64,000 nucleotides of DNA from Thalia democratica (taxonomy: Eukaryota), in contig OZ241826.1 in NCBI GenBank assembly GCA_965202585.1, forward strand, positions 17,918,001 through 17,982,000. The letters run 5' to 3'. The notes beneath the pieces are model-generated. The model ran no database searches and was not told the origin of the DNA. It saw nothing but the letters and a program-made list of their open reading frames with translations. A program made the translations under genes and the position numbers. This document shows, piece after piece, positions 40,431 to 52,700 of the stretch. The stretch's first letter is position 1, and each line of letters opens with the position of its first letter.

Positions 40431-41366
40431 ATGTCGACTAACAACTCAAGTACTGATGTAAAAGAAGTAGACGAAAAGGAGTTTGAAAATGTAGTCACAG
40501 AAAACAAAAGCTTGTCAGCGGAAAATGACAATCTTTTACAAAATAATTTGAATTCTAACGGGAGTAATAAAAGTGAAACCAGCGTTTTGAATGAACAAAA
40601 GGACGGAAACAGGCTTTCAATTTTGCAAAACGAAAATTCATTGAAAGTACCAGATTTGAAATCATTCAATAACCAAGACACAGATGTTGAAAGTACTGAA
40701 AGCGGTATAACAGCAGGAAGGAGTAAGCTCTCGAATAGTTTCAATAACAGCCATGAGAGCTACATGTCTACGATTTACAGCAAGAGCAAAAGTTCCATTT
40801 TAAACTCACAAGTAGTAGAAAGTATTAAACGAAATCGACTTAATAAAGAAACTTTTGGTAAAAAATTGGCTTCTATTAAAGAATATGGGAGTAAAATTAA
40901 TCTACCGAAGAATATTTTTACGAGGAAAAATACAGTTTCTCCGTTAGGAAATGACAAACATGAAAACAATACAGATACAAAATTAAGTGTAAATAGTATA
41001 AAAACAGAAAATGTTACAAAAAGTGATTCTAAAAGCAGTCTAGTTAAAAACGATCATTTAAGCAACGAGAGTTTAGCAACCAAAGATAGTTCTATACCCC
41101 CAGAAAGTGACCGTTCAAATAATTTAGTGTCAAGACATTCTCAACACATACTAAACTGGGCTTCAAACTCAAACCACAAACTGAACGTTGCCGAAGTCTT
41201 CTCCTGGCAGAACTTCCATAAAAAACTGGAAGGGTTGAAAAATTTGAGAAAGGGTTCTACTCTTTCGTTGCCTGAGCGAGTTGTCAGGTTTTGCTCGATG
41301 CCTTTCGTTTTAATGCAAAATTCATTTAGGAGGCGTGAAAGCGAAACGTCGTCGCAGAAAGTAGAG
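40431..41366 (+). CDS. ANO: Candidate alternative first exon E, 312 aa Ser/Asn/Lys-rich, predicted disordered
   Basis: The 322-codon ORF is the longest in the window and unlikely by chance at this AT content. GAG|gtaact donor is phase 0. Confidence 0.75.
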
Positions 41367-42145
41367 GTAACTTTTGTGAAGTTATTGATTGAAAGTTGAA
41401 AAATTTTTTAGATGGTTAAAAATTTATAATATAAAAACTAATTGTTCAACTATGAGGTTTGGTTGGTGTTAAACTGCTTAAAACTTTAAATCTTAAAATC
41501 ATAAAAAACACAGGTAGCTTACCTGAAAATATTGATTAAAAGTTGAAAAGTTCAAAAAATGTTTAAAAATTTGATTACATAAAAAATTGTTTCTAAAATA
41601 TACTTCTGGAAGTTTGTGAAAATATTGGTTAAAAGTTGTATTCTCATCTGTTTAAATGTCCTTTTTACAATTTTTGTTGATAATTTTTGAGTTTACTTTT
41701 CTGAAAGTATTGATTCAAGTTGAAAACTCATTTTGTTATCTTGTCACTTAAACGAATTTGAATAACAAATATTCGCATAAAACTTCTGTGATCGCATAGA
41801 AATTATTAAGTATCTAAAAGTAGTGATATAATTTGAAAAGTTCAAAAGTTGTTTTTATATGATAAAGTAGAAAATTGTTATATATTTTAAAGTTGTGAGA
41901 TTTGCTTGTTTTTTTTTTCTTTGTTATTACTTGTATTTGAAACCTGAAAGTTAACAAAACAAAAAACAAAGGAAACTTTTCTAAAATATTGATTATAAGT
42001 TTAAATTTTGATAGGTTGTTGGAAAATTTGTTCGTTTAAAGTTTTATCGGTAAATTGACAACTAAGTTCAGTTTTTGTTCAATTTCTGTACATTGTGGTT
42101 ACGGAGATAACTTTGTTGAAAAAATTGATTAAAGTTGAAATTTAC
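41367..42145 (+). repeat. Degenerate repeats of the intron-start sequence after exon E
   Basis: About six copies of (ac)ttt..gaaa.tattgatt.aaagttgaaaa at ~41370, 41520, 41610, 41698, 41975 and 42110. Confidence 0.55.
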
Positions 42146-44044
42146 TGTTTTTGAGGACTTATTTTCACAACTTGTGTAGAAAGAACTAGATATATAAAAA
42201 AATTAAAAGAATCGTCATGGTAGAGAAAATTTATATTAAAAACCTTTTGTCATTGAAAGTTGTAAAAAGCTCAAGTAACTTAACTGGTATACTAAACTAT
42301 ATCAAAACTATGTTACTAATTTATTAATGAACATAATGCTGTGTTTGTTTATTGGCAACAACAAGTGAAATAAAACAGTGTATTTGAGATTGATTGAAAA
42401 TATTAAACCTTTTTGATGCTAGATCGAAAATACAAATATTATCTCTGAACTTGTATAAAAACTATAAGTTGGTTTGTTACATGAAAACTTCATGAGTTTG
42501 AGTTTGAACTTGTTTTTTTCAAATGACTTACAACTAATAAAAACTTATACAGGAAACAAATTTGGTTACTAATTGTTTATTAACTATATTTTTCAATAAA
42601 AAAAATCTAAAAATCGAAAGTAACTTATCAGAATTCATCGATTAAAATTGAAGTTTTATCTTTAATTTAAAACTTTATTTAAAGGCTTTGCCGAAAAATA
42701 GCAGTTATATAGTATATTGACAGATGGTGAAAAAATTCATTCAAATGTGACTTTTCTAACTAAAAGTAGATACTTTAGTTTTACGGTGAGAACCTATTAA
42801 GCTAGTTAGTTTTTATGAAACTTATTTGTTTTTTATAAAGTTGCCTTCAGCAATTTACAATAAGTAAGTTTACAAATAGTTTTTTTATCAAATTTATAAA
42901 CAGTCATATACAAAAATCAAGTTATCTATTTTAACAGCAATAACATTAGTATAATTATAATAAATTACTTATGACAATTAAATAAATAAACTAAACACAA
43001 GAGCCTAAGGTAGTTTTTCTAATTCAAACGTTAATTTTACTTATTTGTTTTAATTTACCTTTGTGTTCACAACTAATTAACTTTATGCAAAACATTGAAA
43101 AAATGTATCGTTTTGTTCATACAATGATGAACTGTTAATTAGCATTGATTTAGAATGGAAGTAAAAAAGTTATTTGTTCAAAGTTATTGTTTAAAGTTAG
43201 TATTTAAAATTTTAGTTCCCTTATCGTAATATTTCTAAATTCAAATTGTTTTTGTTCATTAAGCTAATTTATACAAAGTAATGTTAATAATTCAGAAATA
43301 ATAAAAAACTGTGGATGTATTACTGATTGCTTTTTCTTTTGGGTTATTGAAGACTCAAGTATTTCGTTTAAAATTCATCCATAAAAATCTATTCTAAATT
43401 GGATTTTTTCTATTGATATTTGAACTTGAAGTTTAAGTCCGCTTTGTAATTTGATTATAAAATGCATAGTTGTTTTACTTTGTAATGATATTATACACGG
43501 TAAACTTTTTAACTTATATTACTGTAGAAAGCAGCTTTAAAGCTTAAATTTTATTTAAACTTTTACCTACAATGGTTTATGCTAAATTAAAGGCATCAAT
43601 AAGTTTTTCTAAACGCTTAGTTTAAATAAAATTACTCACGGTAAAAATAAATTTTTCAAGCAAAACAAAACTAGAAGCTATTTCTTTTAACTTAACTAGC
43701 TTTTTATTTTGGTTAATTAATTTTTGGCTGTAAAAGTCAGCTAAATGTTAATTACGCAACCCTGAAATTTTATTTTCTTTTTCACCAAAACAAACCTTTG
43801 TTCTCTCGCTTAATCCTCCCAACAAGAACAGCAATACTCTTGCATACTTATATATGTATGTGTACGCACGGTAGGGTAAATCAATAAAAAAGAAAAACTT
43901 TACAAAAAGAAACTGTAAAGCGGAAACTTATATATCACTGCTGTTGCATTGAAAAAGTTTGCATTCGAGAAAATTACAGCTACTGTGTTATTTTGCTCGA
44001 TTTTTGAGTAAAACACAAAAGTTGTTTGTTGTGTTTTTTCTATT

Positions 44045-44101
44045 ATGTTCTGTAGATGCATCAAAGTTTTTATTGGGATATCTAGCTACTACAATGATGA
44101 G
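44045..44101 (+). CDS. ANO: Candidate alternative exon F (MFCRCIKVFIGISSYYNDE as a first exon, or internal exon 44056-44101)
   Basis: Strong GAG|gtaaga phase-0 donor, in-frame ATG at 44045, and a polypyrimidine tract with ctgtag| acceptor ending at 44055. Confidence 0.55.
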
Positions 44102-46713
44102 GTAAGAAATTTAAAATTTGTTAATTTAATAAACAATATATGATTGTTTATATATTTAATTTGTTGTTAACAAAAAAATATTGTCGAAAACTTGCTTTTT
44201 TGATCAAATGAGTTAATTAGCTTGATAAGAATACTATTAAGTAAAAATATTTGGTTTGAAACAGTTTTTTTTTTAATCAAACTTGGTTGTTTAAACTTAG
44301 CTAACTTTTTAATTACTTATTTTAATTTTTTATATTGTTAATTGAACAAAAAATTGCTAGCTTAAAAAAATTTAATAGTTGTCTAAACTTAAAAATCAAT
44401 GTTTGCAATAGTTATTTAACAGTATGTTAAAGCTGATATAAAAAGTTTATTAAAGTTTTTTTACAACAAAATCTTTTTAGCAATATTATTACAGTGAGTA
44501 ATACTTTAAAACATTTAATTTTATGTTTAGATTAAACTTAGAAACTAAAAATATTACCAAAACAGACAAACAAATATAAATAAGAACAAATGTCTCAAAT
44601 GAATTAACTACTTAATTGTTTTTACATAAAAAAGAAGAAAATCTATATTATATCAACAATCAAAATCATTACGTTTTAACTAACAAATTTAAAACTAACT
44701 CAAAACTAGTTTAGTTGTAAAAAACATTTTAAGTTTCGAAACAGAAACAAATTGTTCATTATGTGTTTCATTAAACTTTAAACATTGTACTACAACTTTA
44801 AGGATACTACTTAAAACTGTAACAATTTAATTTTAACACACTAACTAACTTTTGCAAAATGTTTTTCTTAAGTAGCTTTGCGTTCTCTAAGTTTATTTTT
44901 TATGAAAAATTAAACCGGAAATTAGCCTACTTTGATTTTTTCATTGAATTTTTAAAAGTGCTAGTTTATTTTAAAACTCATTAGTTATTAGTGCTATGTA
45001 TAAGTACATTAAACTTTTTACGAGTGATACTAAGGACTACTATAACGATGAAGTTTGTTTGTTTATTATTTAACATTTAGATGTTTAAGTACTGAAAATA
45101 TAATACCATTGTTTTAGATTTTCAGTAATGAAGTTTTATGGCATTTTTCAAATATTTGTTATCTCTTTAATAACAGTTTTTTCTTTTTAATTACTAATAA
45201 GCTGTTTAAACTGATTAAGACTTGTAGAGGTCAGGCTTTTAGATTCTTTCTAAGCAAGAAACATCTACTAAAAGATTAAAAAATGCTTTAAATGCAAAAA
45301 AGCTCGATTGCTTACAACTTTCATTCATATAAAGTTTAACTTCTTTATGCTAATTATTAGCCAAGTTTTCTGGTTTGTTTAACTTTAAACTACTTAATGG
45401 GTGAAATAAACGATTCTCCTTAGAAGCTTATTTTGTAAACTATTATTTATCTTATTGGCTTACAGTGGAATGAAATAGAATGTTTTGCAGTAAGTTGTTA
45501 CCATACAAAGTTATATTAAAAGTTAAAAACATACAAAGAAACTGTTGTAAGAAAAGTTCAATTTACATACAAACTTTGTCATCGTTAAAACACTATTTGG
45601 ACACTGTTGTTAATAATATATTTTACATTACTTGTTGAGTTACTTTAAAATCCTAATGGCTTCTTGCTATTACTATATACATAGCAATGAGTCAAAAATA
45701 TGTCGGTTGTCTAAACCTAATAATGTGCAAGTTTTTCATACTTTGCAGACAGTGAGTATTAAAGTGTGATCACTTTTCAATGAGACTAAAAAGTTTAAGT
45801 TGTATAACATAACAGCTTATTTTAATTAGCTTGGTATTTAACTTTGTTATAAATAAATTGTTTCTTGTATGTTAAGTTGTAATCACATTTTTAGTATTTG
45901 ATATATAGCACGTAGCTCAAAGTAAAATGTTTTGTATAAAACCTAGACTACTTTTAAACTTTATTTTGTTGCTATATACAACTTGTGATTATGTAATATG
46001 TTAAAGTATTTCTAAACGCTAAATTTTAAATACACATTTCCTACTAAATGTTTAATAATATGATAGTTCTTACTTCAAAGACAGAGTGGCAAGATTTTAA
46101 AACTTAGCACTTCAATAGAAAAAATGTTTATTAGTGTTGACTTAAAAACTCATACTCGAGTAATGTTGAGAAACTTGTTTCTTTTTTGAATCTTGATAAC
46201 TAGGTTTATGTTAAAGCTACTTGCTTACCCATAGTAACGCTAAGTTAAACATTACGATGTTTGAATTTTAATTGCTGCAAACTTTATGCTACATTATGTT
46301 GCATTATTACGTCACATCGCGCTGTTTACAAGTTGCAGTGACGTCACAAACAGTGGTGATGATTGCCTGTGTGCGCTTCATTTTTTTTTTGTTTTTATTA
46401 TTTTATTTATAGAAAAATTAGTTATGATCGTAACAATAAGTTAATTTTTTTAAAAAACTTACTTATTTTAACAAAAGTTCATGCGATTAGTTTGATTACG
46501 TTTCTTCAACGTTCTTTGTTTTGTGATTTGAAAATATCCTTCTGACACGCTATATAACATACGCCAAGCCAAATGGTACGCTTCTCAAAAATTTTTTTTT
46601 TAAATTTTATAAGCATACTGAATTTTCCCAAACAGAGACTGAAACCAACTCTCTACATTTTTGAAGCTGCTAGTTTTATAAACTATATGTAACAAACTTA
46701 CACTTCATAACAG

Positions 46714-49700
46714 AGGTTGAAATCAACGTTGCACTTCAACGATGGCCAGCGGAAGATCGATTTCGTCATGGCCTACATAGAAGATGAGGACGAAGAGGAG
46801 GAAGGAGGTTCTGTTAATTACCAGAGGAGGCAGGTTTATCAGGAGGCGTTGAAGAAAAAGGGACTGGAACTGGAGATCGAACCTAAAGAAGTGATTAACT
46901 GTTTTGTAATATATATACAAACCATAGCAGCAAGTTTAATGTTGACTTGAGTTGTTTATTAATTTTATGTGCTTGAAATTGAAGCTTATACTAACAAAAT
47001 TGTAATTGTTACTAACTAACTTACAGTTTCTTACAAACTTTGAGGTAAGGCTGCATTGAAAAAACAAACGTTTTTAATGTTTTGTAGGAGAACAGCAGTG
47101 CTTTTTTTCAGCTCTAAAAGTTATAAACTGTTATAGCTTATGAGTTCAGCAATGTTTTGCTGTCAACATAAATAGACTAGTTCAGCAATGTTTTGCTGTG
47201 AGGTAAGACTGCATTAAAAAAAAAACGTTTTTTAATGCTTTTTTTAGCTGTAAAAGTTATAAACTGTCATAGCTTATGAGTTCAGCAATATTCTGCTGCC
47301 AATATAAATTAAATATACTCTATAAGTTAAACAAATTTAGATGATTTTAACTATTACAGGAATCCCAAGATCAAGTAACGTGTTTTGTGAAGATTCACGT
47401 TCCAAAACCCATCTTGTACGACTATGCTGAGAAAATGAGAATGAAAATGCCTCTGAAAGAACAAAATGTATGTTAAATTTTACATTATAACTCAAAACGC
47501 GTTTATGCTATACGTAATATGTGCTATTACGTACAAATTTGACTTACTTTTAATGAGCACTTCATTACTTTAAACCAATCAAACTGAGTATCTTCTCCGA
47601 TATAATACGTTAGAACACAATAATTTTGCTAAGGATATTACTGATGCTTTTTATAAACACAAACTAGGTACAAGTAAAATCATCTTATCGCTCTTAGTAT
47701 TAAAAGTACAAAAATTATTCAACTAAATACCAAAAAAAACAAATTTATAAAAACAGGTAGACGACCATATGGAAGAAGGAATAGATCAGGAAGAAATTTG
47801 TGATCTTTTGAGTTGTAACACAGAAGTTAAATGCATGAATTGCTTCAAACTCAATAATCATGTACTACAAGAAGCCGTTAGTTAATTTAGTTGCTTTACT
47901 TTTGTATGTACAGAGAACTTTAATTTATGATGATAGTTTTCACAACAACGTAAAATTTAATATGCTTTCAGTTTATAAAATGTAGTTCTGTAATGGCTGT
48001 TTTTAAACTTAGTTTAATGGTTTTGTACTATAAAGTTATAAGGTTAAAATTTTTGAGCTACTTAAAACTAATTAAACATATGTATAGACAACTAGTTTTA
48101 TTAATTTGTATAACCTTTATTTATACCAAAAAAGAATTGTATTAGTACTTAATAAGTATTTTATTAGCCAAATATTCAACGCGAGGTCGTAAGTTTCATA
48201 GCAGTACTAGATAGTAGTTGGTAATATAACTAAACAATAGAAATCTAGGAAACTTGCTTTTAATTGTTATGCTTAGATATAACAACCTAAAACTTGATTA
48301 TCTGTCGTACGGATTATCTGTTTTATGGATACACGTAGAAGAAATAATGTAAAACTATTAATTTATTATATTTAGACTAAAATGTTTATTCAAAATTTTT
48401 GTCTTTTTTACGATTAATATTTCTCTGAGAGTTTTTGGTTTTAAAAAGAGCTCCTTGCTAAAAAGAAATACATATCAAATACTTCTTTGTTTATTAAAAT
48501 TGCTGACGTTTTAATGCTTGCTATGAAGTTTAAACAAAGTATTTAGCTCTATACAACAAAGAAACTTATTTTTTACTAGCAATTAGTTTTTTGTCAAAGT
48601 GACCAGAGTTAATGATAGATATTAGAAAACAGGTAGCTTTAATGTAATGTTTAGTATGTTAGACTTTTTAGACTCGTTTTGAATTTCAAAACAAAATGCA
48701 AAAGCAAAAGTCATGTTTTTTGCATTAGCTTAGTTTATAATATCAGAGTAGTTACCAACTTTAATACGTAATAAACAAACTTTTATTTGTTACGTAGGCA
48801 AGAATCAGAAGAGAAAAGAGAGAAGTTAGTTAGAAACCCGTTTTATTTAAAAACTTGTACTTTTATTTTCATTTGGTATACTTTTTAAAAAACTTGTTAT
48901 TTCAAGAGAGAAGAATACTACACTGCGGAATTTGTGAACGAGAAAAAACACTTCTTCGATATCAATGATAATGAAGACTTCTTTAGCGATGCACAAAGAT
49001 CTAGAATCGTAAATAAATATATATATATTTAATTTTTATAAGGATTTTCATCGATTAAGTTAAAGATTTAAAATTTACCATAAAACTATTTTTCTATCTT
49101 TAAAAAAAAATTTACAACATACAATAACAGCTTTTAGAAATTTTCAATGATTTTTTTTAACCTAATCAGCATTTTTTAAACATGTATTTAGTTTTTTGTA
49201 AGAACTTAAAAACAGACTTTTTAGTTTTAAAAATGTATTTTTTTATGTGTTGGACTCTTAATAAACAAAAATAGTTATACTTAATTTTGTTTCTACTTTA
49301 TATCAGTAGCAACATTAGTTTTGAATAGTAAAAACAATTTAGGCATACAGAGTACTGAATGAGACGAGATTCGGTCAGGAAAAGACAGCAGTTGGAATTA
49401 CAAAACTCATAAACGATGGAACATATGAAAGTGTATTTCCATTACATGATGTTAGTTTGTATTAATGCAGTAATATATATATTTATTTGTTTAAAAAACT
49501 TATAAACGATGGAACATACGAAAGTGTATTTCCGCTTCACGATGTTAGTTTTTATTTGCATTACATTAAATATTTGTTTCTAAATAGTTGCACAAAACTC
49601 GTAAATTATGGAACTTGTATATTGTATTTCCATTACATGATGTAAATTTGCATTATTATACTTAAAATCGAATGTAAAACTTATTACCCTGTCTTTAGTA

Positions 49701-52700
49701 GAAATAAAGGTTTTTTTATATGTATTTTGTCCATTTATAAACACAACCATACTATTTAACCTTTTTTCTTCTAGTGAAAAGTTTTATTTGTAAAGTAAAA
49801 CTGTTTTAGATTAGTACTAAGGAATAAAAGTGTACTACTAAAAACCTGTTTTTCAAAGCATTTTAGTTTAAAAATGTTTTATTAATTAAATTAGATTCAA
49901 AAACTATTTATTTGCTTTTATGAAAACAAGCTAATCTTTAAAGTCTTAACTTTTTTTTAAGTTTTAACCATTAGAATTAACGTACCCGATTTGAAATAGA
50001 TCAAAATAAACAAGTTTATTCGGTTCAAATCAGTTGTTACTTAAAGTAAACTTTATTGATAATGTTTTTTAACTTTACTTATTTTTCAATCATTTGCAAC
50101 TGTTTGATTTTTTAAAGCTAAAAAAATCTTAAATTCTTTTAACCTTAAAACTATTTTATTCAAACAAATAAAAATTTGAAATTGTGTACAAAACTTCAGT
50201 TAAACTTTGTAAAAGTAAAGAATTTCACATATTGATTTTAGCCACATGTAACTTGATACAACGGCACGGCTTAATTTCCTTGGGGAGATGTTATAAATAA
50301 AACCTCGCACTAACTTATACTACGGACAGTAATTAATTAATGCACTTTTGTGCGTTCTGTTTTACTAGCTTTACCTTAATTTATAAAATGCAAGATATTT
50401 TTGGTTTAACTTTTTAACTAAATACTATTTTAAACATACTGTTCTTTTAATAAACATACTTTGTTTTAGTTTTTTTTATATCATTTAAACAACTAATTTT
50501 TACGTTGGTTCTTTATGTTCAACGTGCTTAACTTTTATAAAGTTTTTTTTTTAGAAATTATTAAAAACATTGGGCTAGGAGCGATTTTAGAAAAACTGTT
50601 GTTTTGTTGTTTTACTTTTTCTTTTATTTTAAAGTTAAATAGTATTATCTCGGATGAACTCAAAACTATATTTTATATCTTATTTAGTAAGTATTAGTAA
50701 AGAAAGAAGATGTTTTGTGTGTACTTTTGTGTTTTTTAGTGCTTCTATGTTCATTAAAGTATTTTTACTGTTTCTAAAATTTTTAATGCTTATTTAAAAT
50801 GCTTTAAAACAAAATCAACTTCAAGACTTCATTAAATTCAGATACACTAGTTTAACATTTGTAAAGCTTTATTTGAAGTCTTAATGCTAGTACACAAAAG
50901 ACTTAAGATTGTTAATAATCATGAGTAGTTTGCGTTATTTAAAGTAATTAAAGTTCGCTTGTTTTGAAGTATGTTGTTATTTATTTTTGTAAACTTTGTC
51001 GTTAACACCAATGCGAAATTTACAGATATATGTTTATGTATAAGCTTAATTTACTCTTTAAAAAGTTAAAGTAAGTTTAGCCTTAGTTTTAAATTCTTTT
51101 AAGTTGAGTTTTTATTTTTATATGAGTAATTTTTTCAATGACAGCAGCTTCAGTTAAAGTAGTGGTAATGCTTAGTTTTTAATCACTAACTTACAGTAAA
51201 GTTTACCGCTGGCTATCGTTTTTACTCTTTATCAAAACAAAAAATACTGCAGTGTCTTATTCTAGGTCTTTATTCGCTAATAGCAATTATAAAAAAATCA
51301 TTTTGTTTTCTACTTATGCATTTTTATGTTAGTAGTTAGTGAGCAGTTAACGTTTTGTTTTGTTAATTAATCAAACTATTATTAGTCAAGTATTCTGTTG
51401 GGCACTCTGCCTTGGATGAGAAAAATGTCGGATGAGTGGGAACTGAGCAGATATTCGAATAAAAAGGAAGGAACCAGAGACAGCAAAAATAAAGTGGAGA
51501 CACCGGGAACAACTAGAAGTAGTGCAGAAAAAGTTAGAAAAATTAGTAATCAGTTAATAGTTTAGAAAAGAATATAAAGTTGTAAATTTTTGTTTAGTTA
51601 GAACAGTATTTAGTTAATAATTTATTCTTAATTTTTATGTTTAGTTGGTATGCAGTACTTTTTTCAAATGCAAGTTTATTTAGATGAAAGCACTTGTAAG
51701 AACCTTCACTAGTTATGAAAAAGCTAGATTGAGTAAACAGTTAGACAACAAAATGTAAAAAATATCAAAATTCAGAATGTTTTTCTAAACTGTTTGTGTT
51801 CAGTAAATTACTTTTGGCTTATTGTAAATATAATTCCGATTAAAATTAGTTGCTTTTAGACTCCTTTAATGGATGAGCACTTATAGTTACGGTTTTTAGT
51901 ATTTGTTTCAAAAGTAATTTAAAGGCATTTTTTTGAAGAAAAACAATTGTTATTATCATTCATACTGATTGAACAATAATATGATGATGTATATGTTTAT
52001 AAAATAAACTGTTTTTATTTGAATTATGAAGTAAAAGGGAACGTATAACACAATATTATATATCATAATTCTGATGTCACAGAGAAACGATGCTAAAAAC
52101 CAATCAAAATACCTAAAAACAAATTATATAGCCAGAAACTTATAACAGTATATTTTAATTTTTCATATTATGACGTCACAGGGAACGTACGAGGAAGACG
52201 GTGACGTCATGGACGAAGAAACAACTCCGGTGAGGAGGTTACTGTATAAATACTGGGCAAGATGGGGCAGATGGTACAAACAACAACCATTAGATGCTAT
52301 AAGGTGATTTTTGTGTACTAATTATTATTAACTATTGTTTATAACTATATGAGTTTTTGTCAGATGGTATAAACAACAACCACTAGATGCTATAAGGTGA
52401 TTTATGTGTACTTGTTATCATTAATATTGTTAACAACTATTTAAATTTTGGGGCAGATGGTATAAACAACAAACATTAGATGCTATAAGGTGATTTTTGT
52501 GTACTTATTATAGTTAATACTAGTTATAGACAACATGGGGTAGATGGTATAACCAGGTATTTTATAAATATGTTTCTATTTATAAGTTTAAGTATACATA
52601 TGTAAAATTTTAACCAAAATAAATACTGAAACTTATTTTTTTGAATTTTCATTATATTATACAATCAATAACATAAATCTTTCGCGAACCATACAAACCA

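Noticed and set aside
40424-40969. Minus-strand ORFs 40424-40744 and 40775-40969
   Set aside because: Antisense shadows of the 312-aa plus-strand exon.
43858-43875. Six-codon first exon MCTHGR with phase-0 donor AGG|gtaaat
   Set aside because: Too short to distinguish from chance, and it competes with two other models for the same region.
52264-52556. Regularly spaced repeats resembling a CRISPR array (also 35282-35389 and 49409-49645)
   Set aside because: The repeats are copies of eukaryotic exon ends, the spacers are related to each other, and there are no cas genes.
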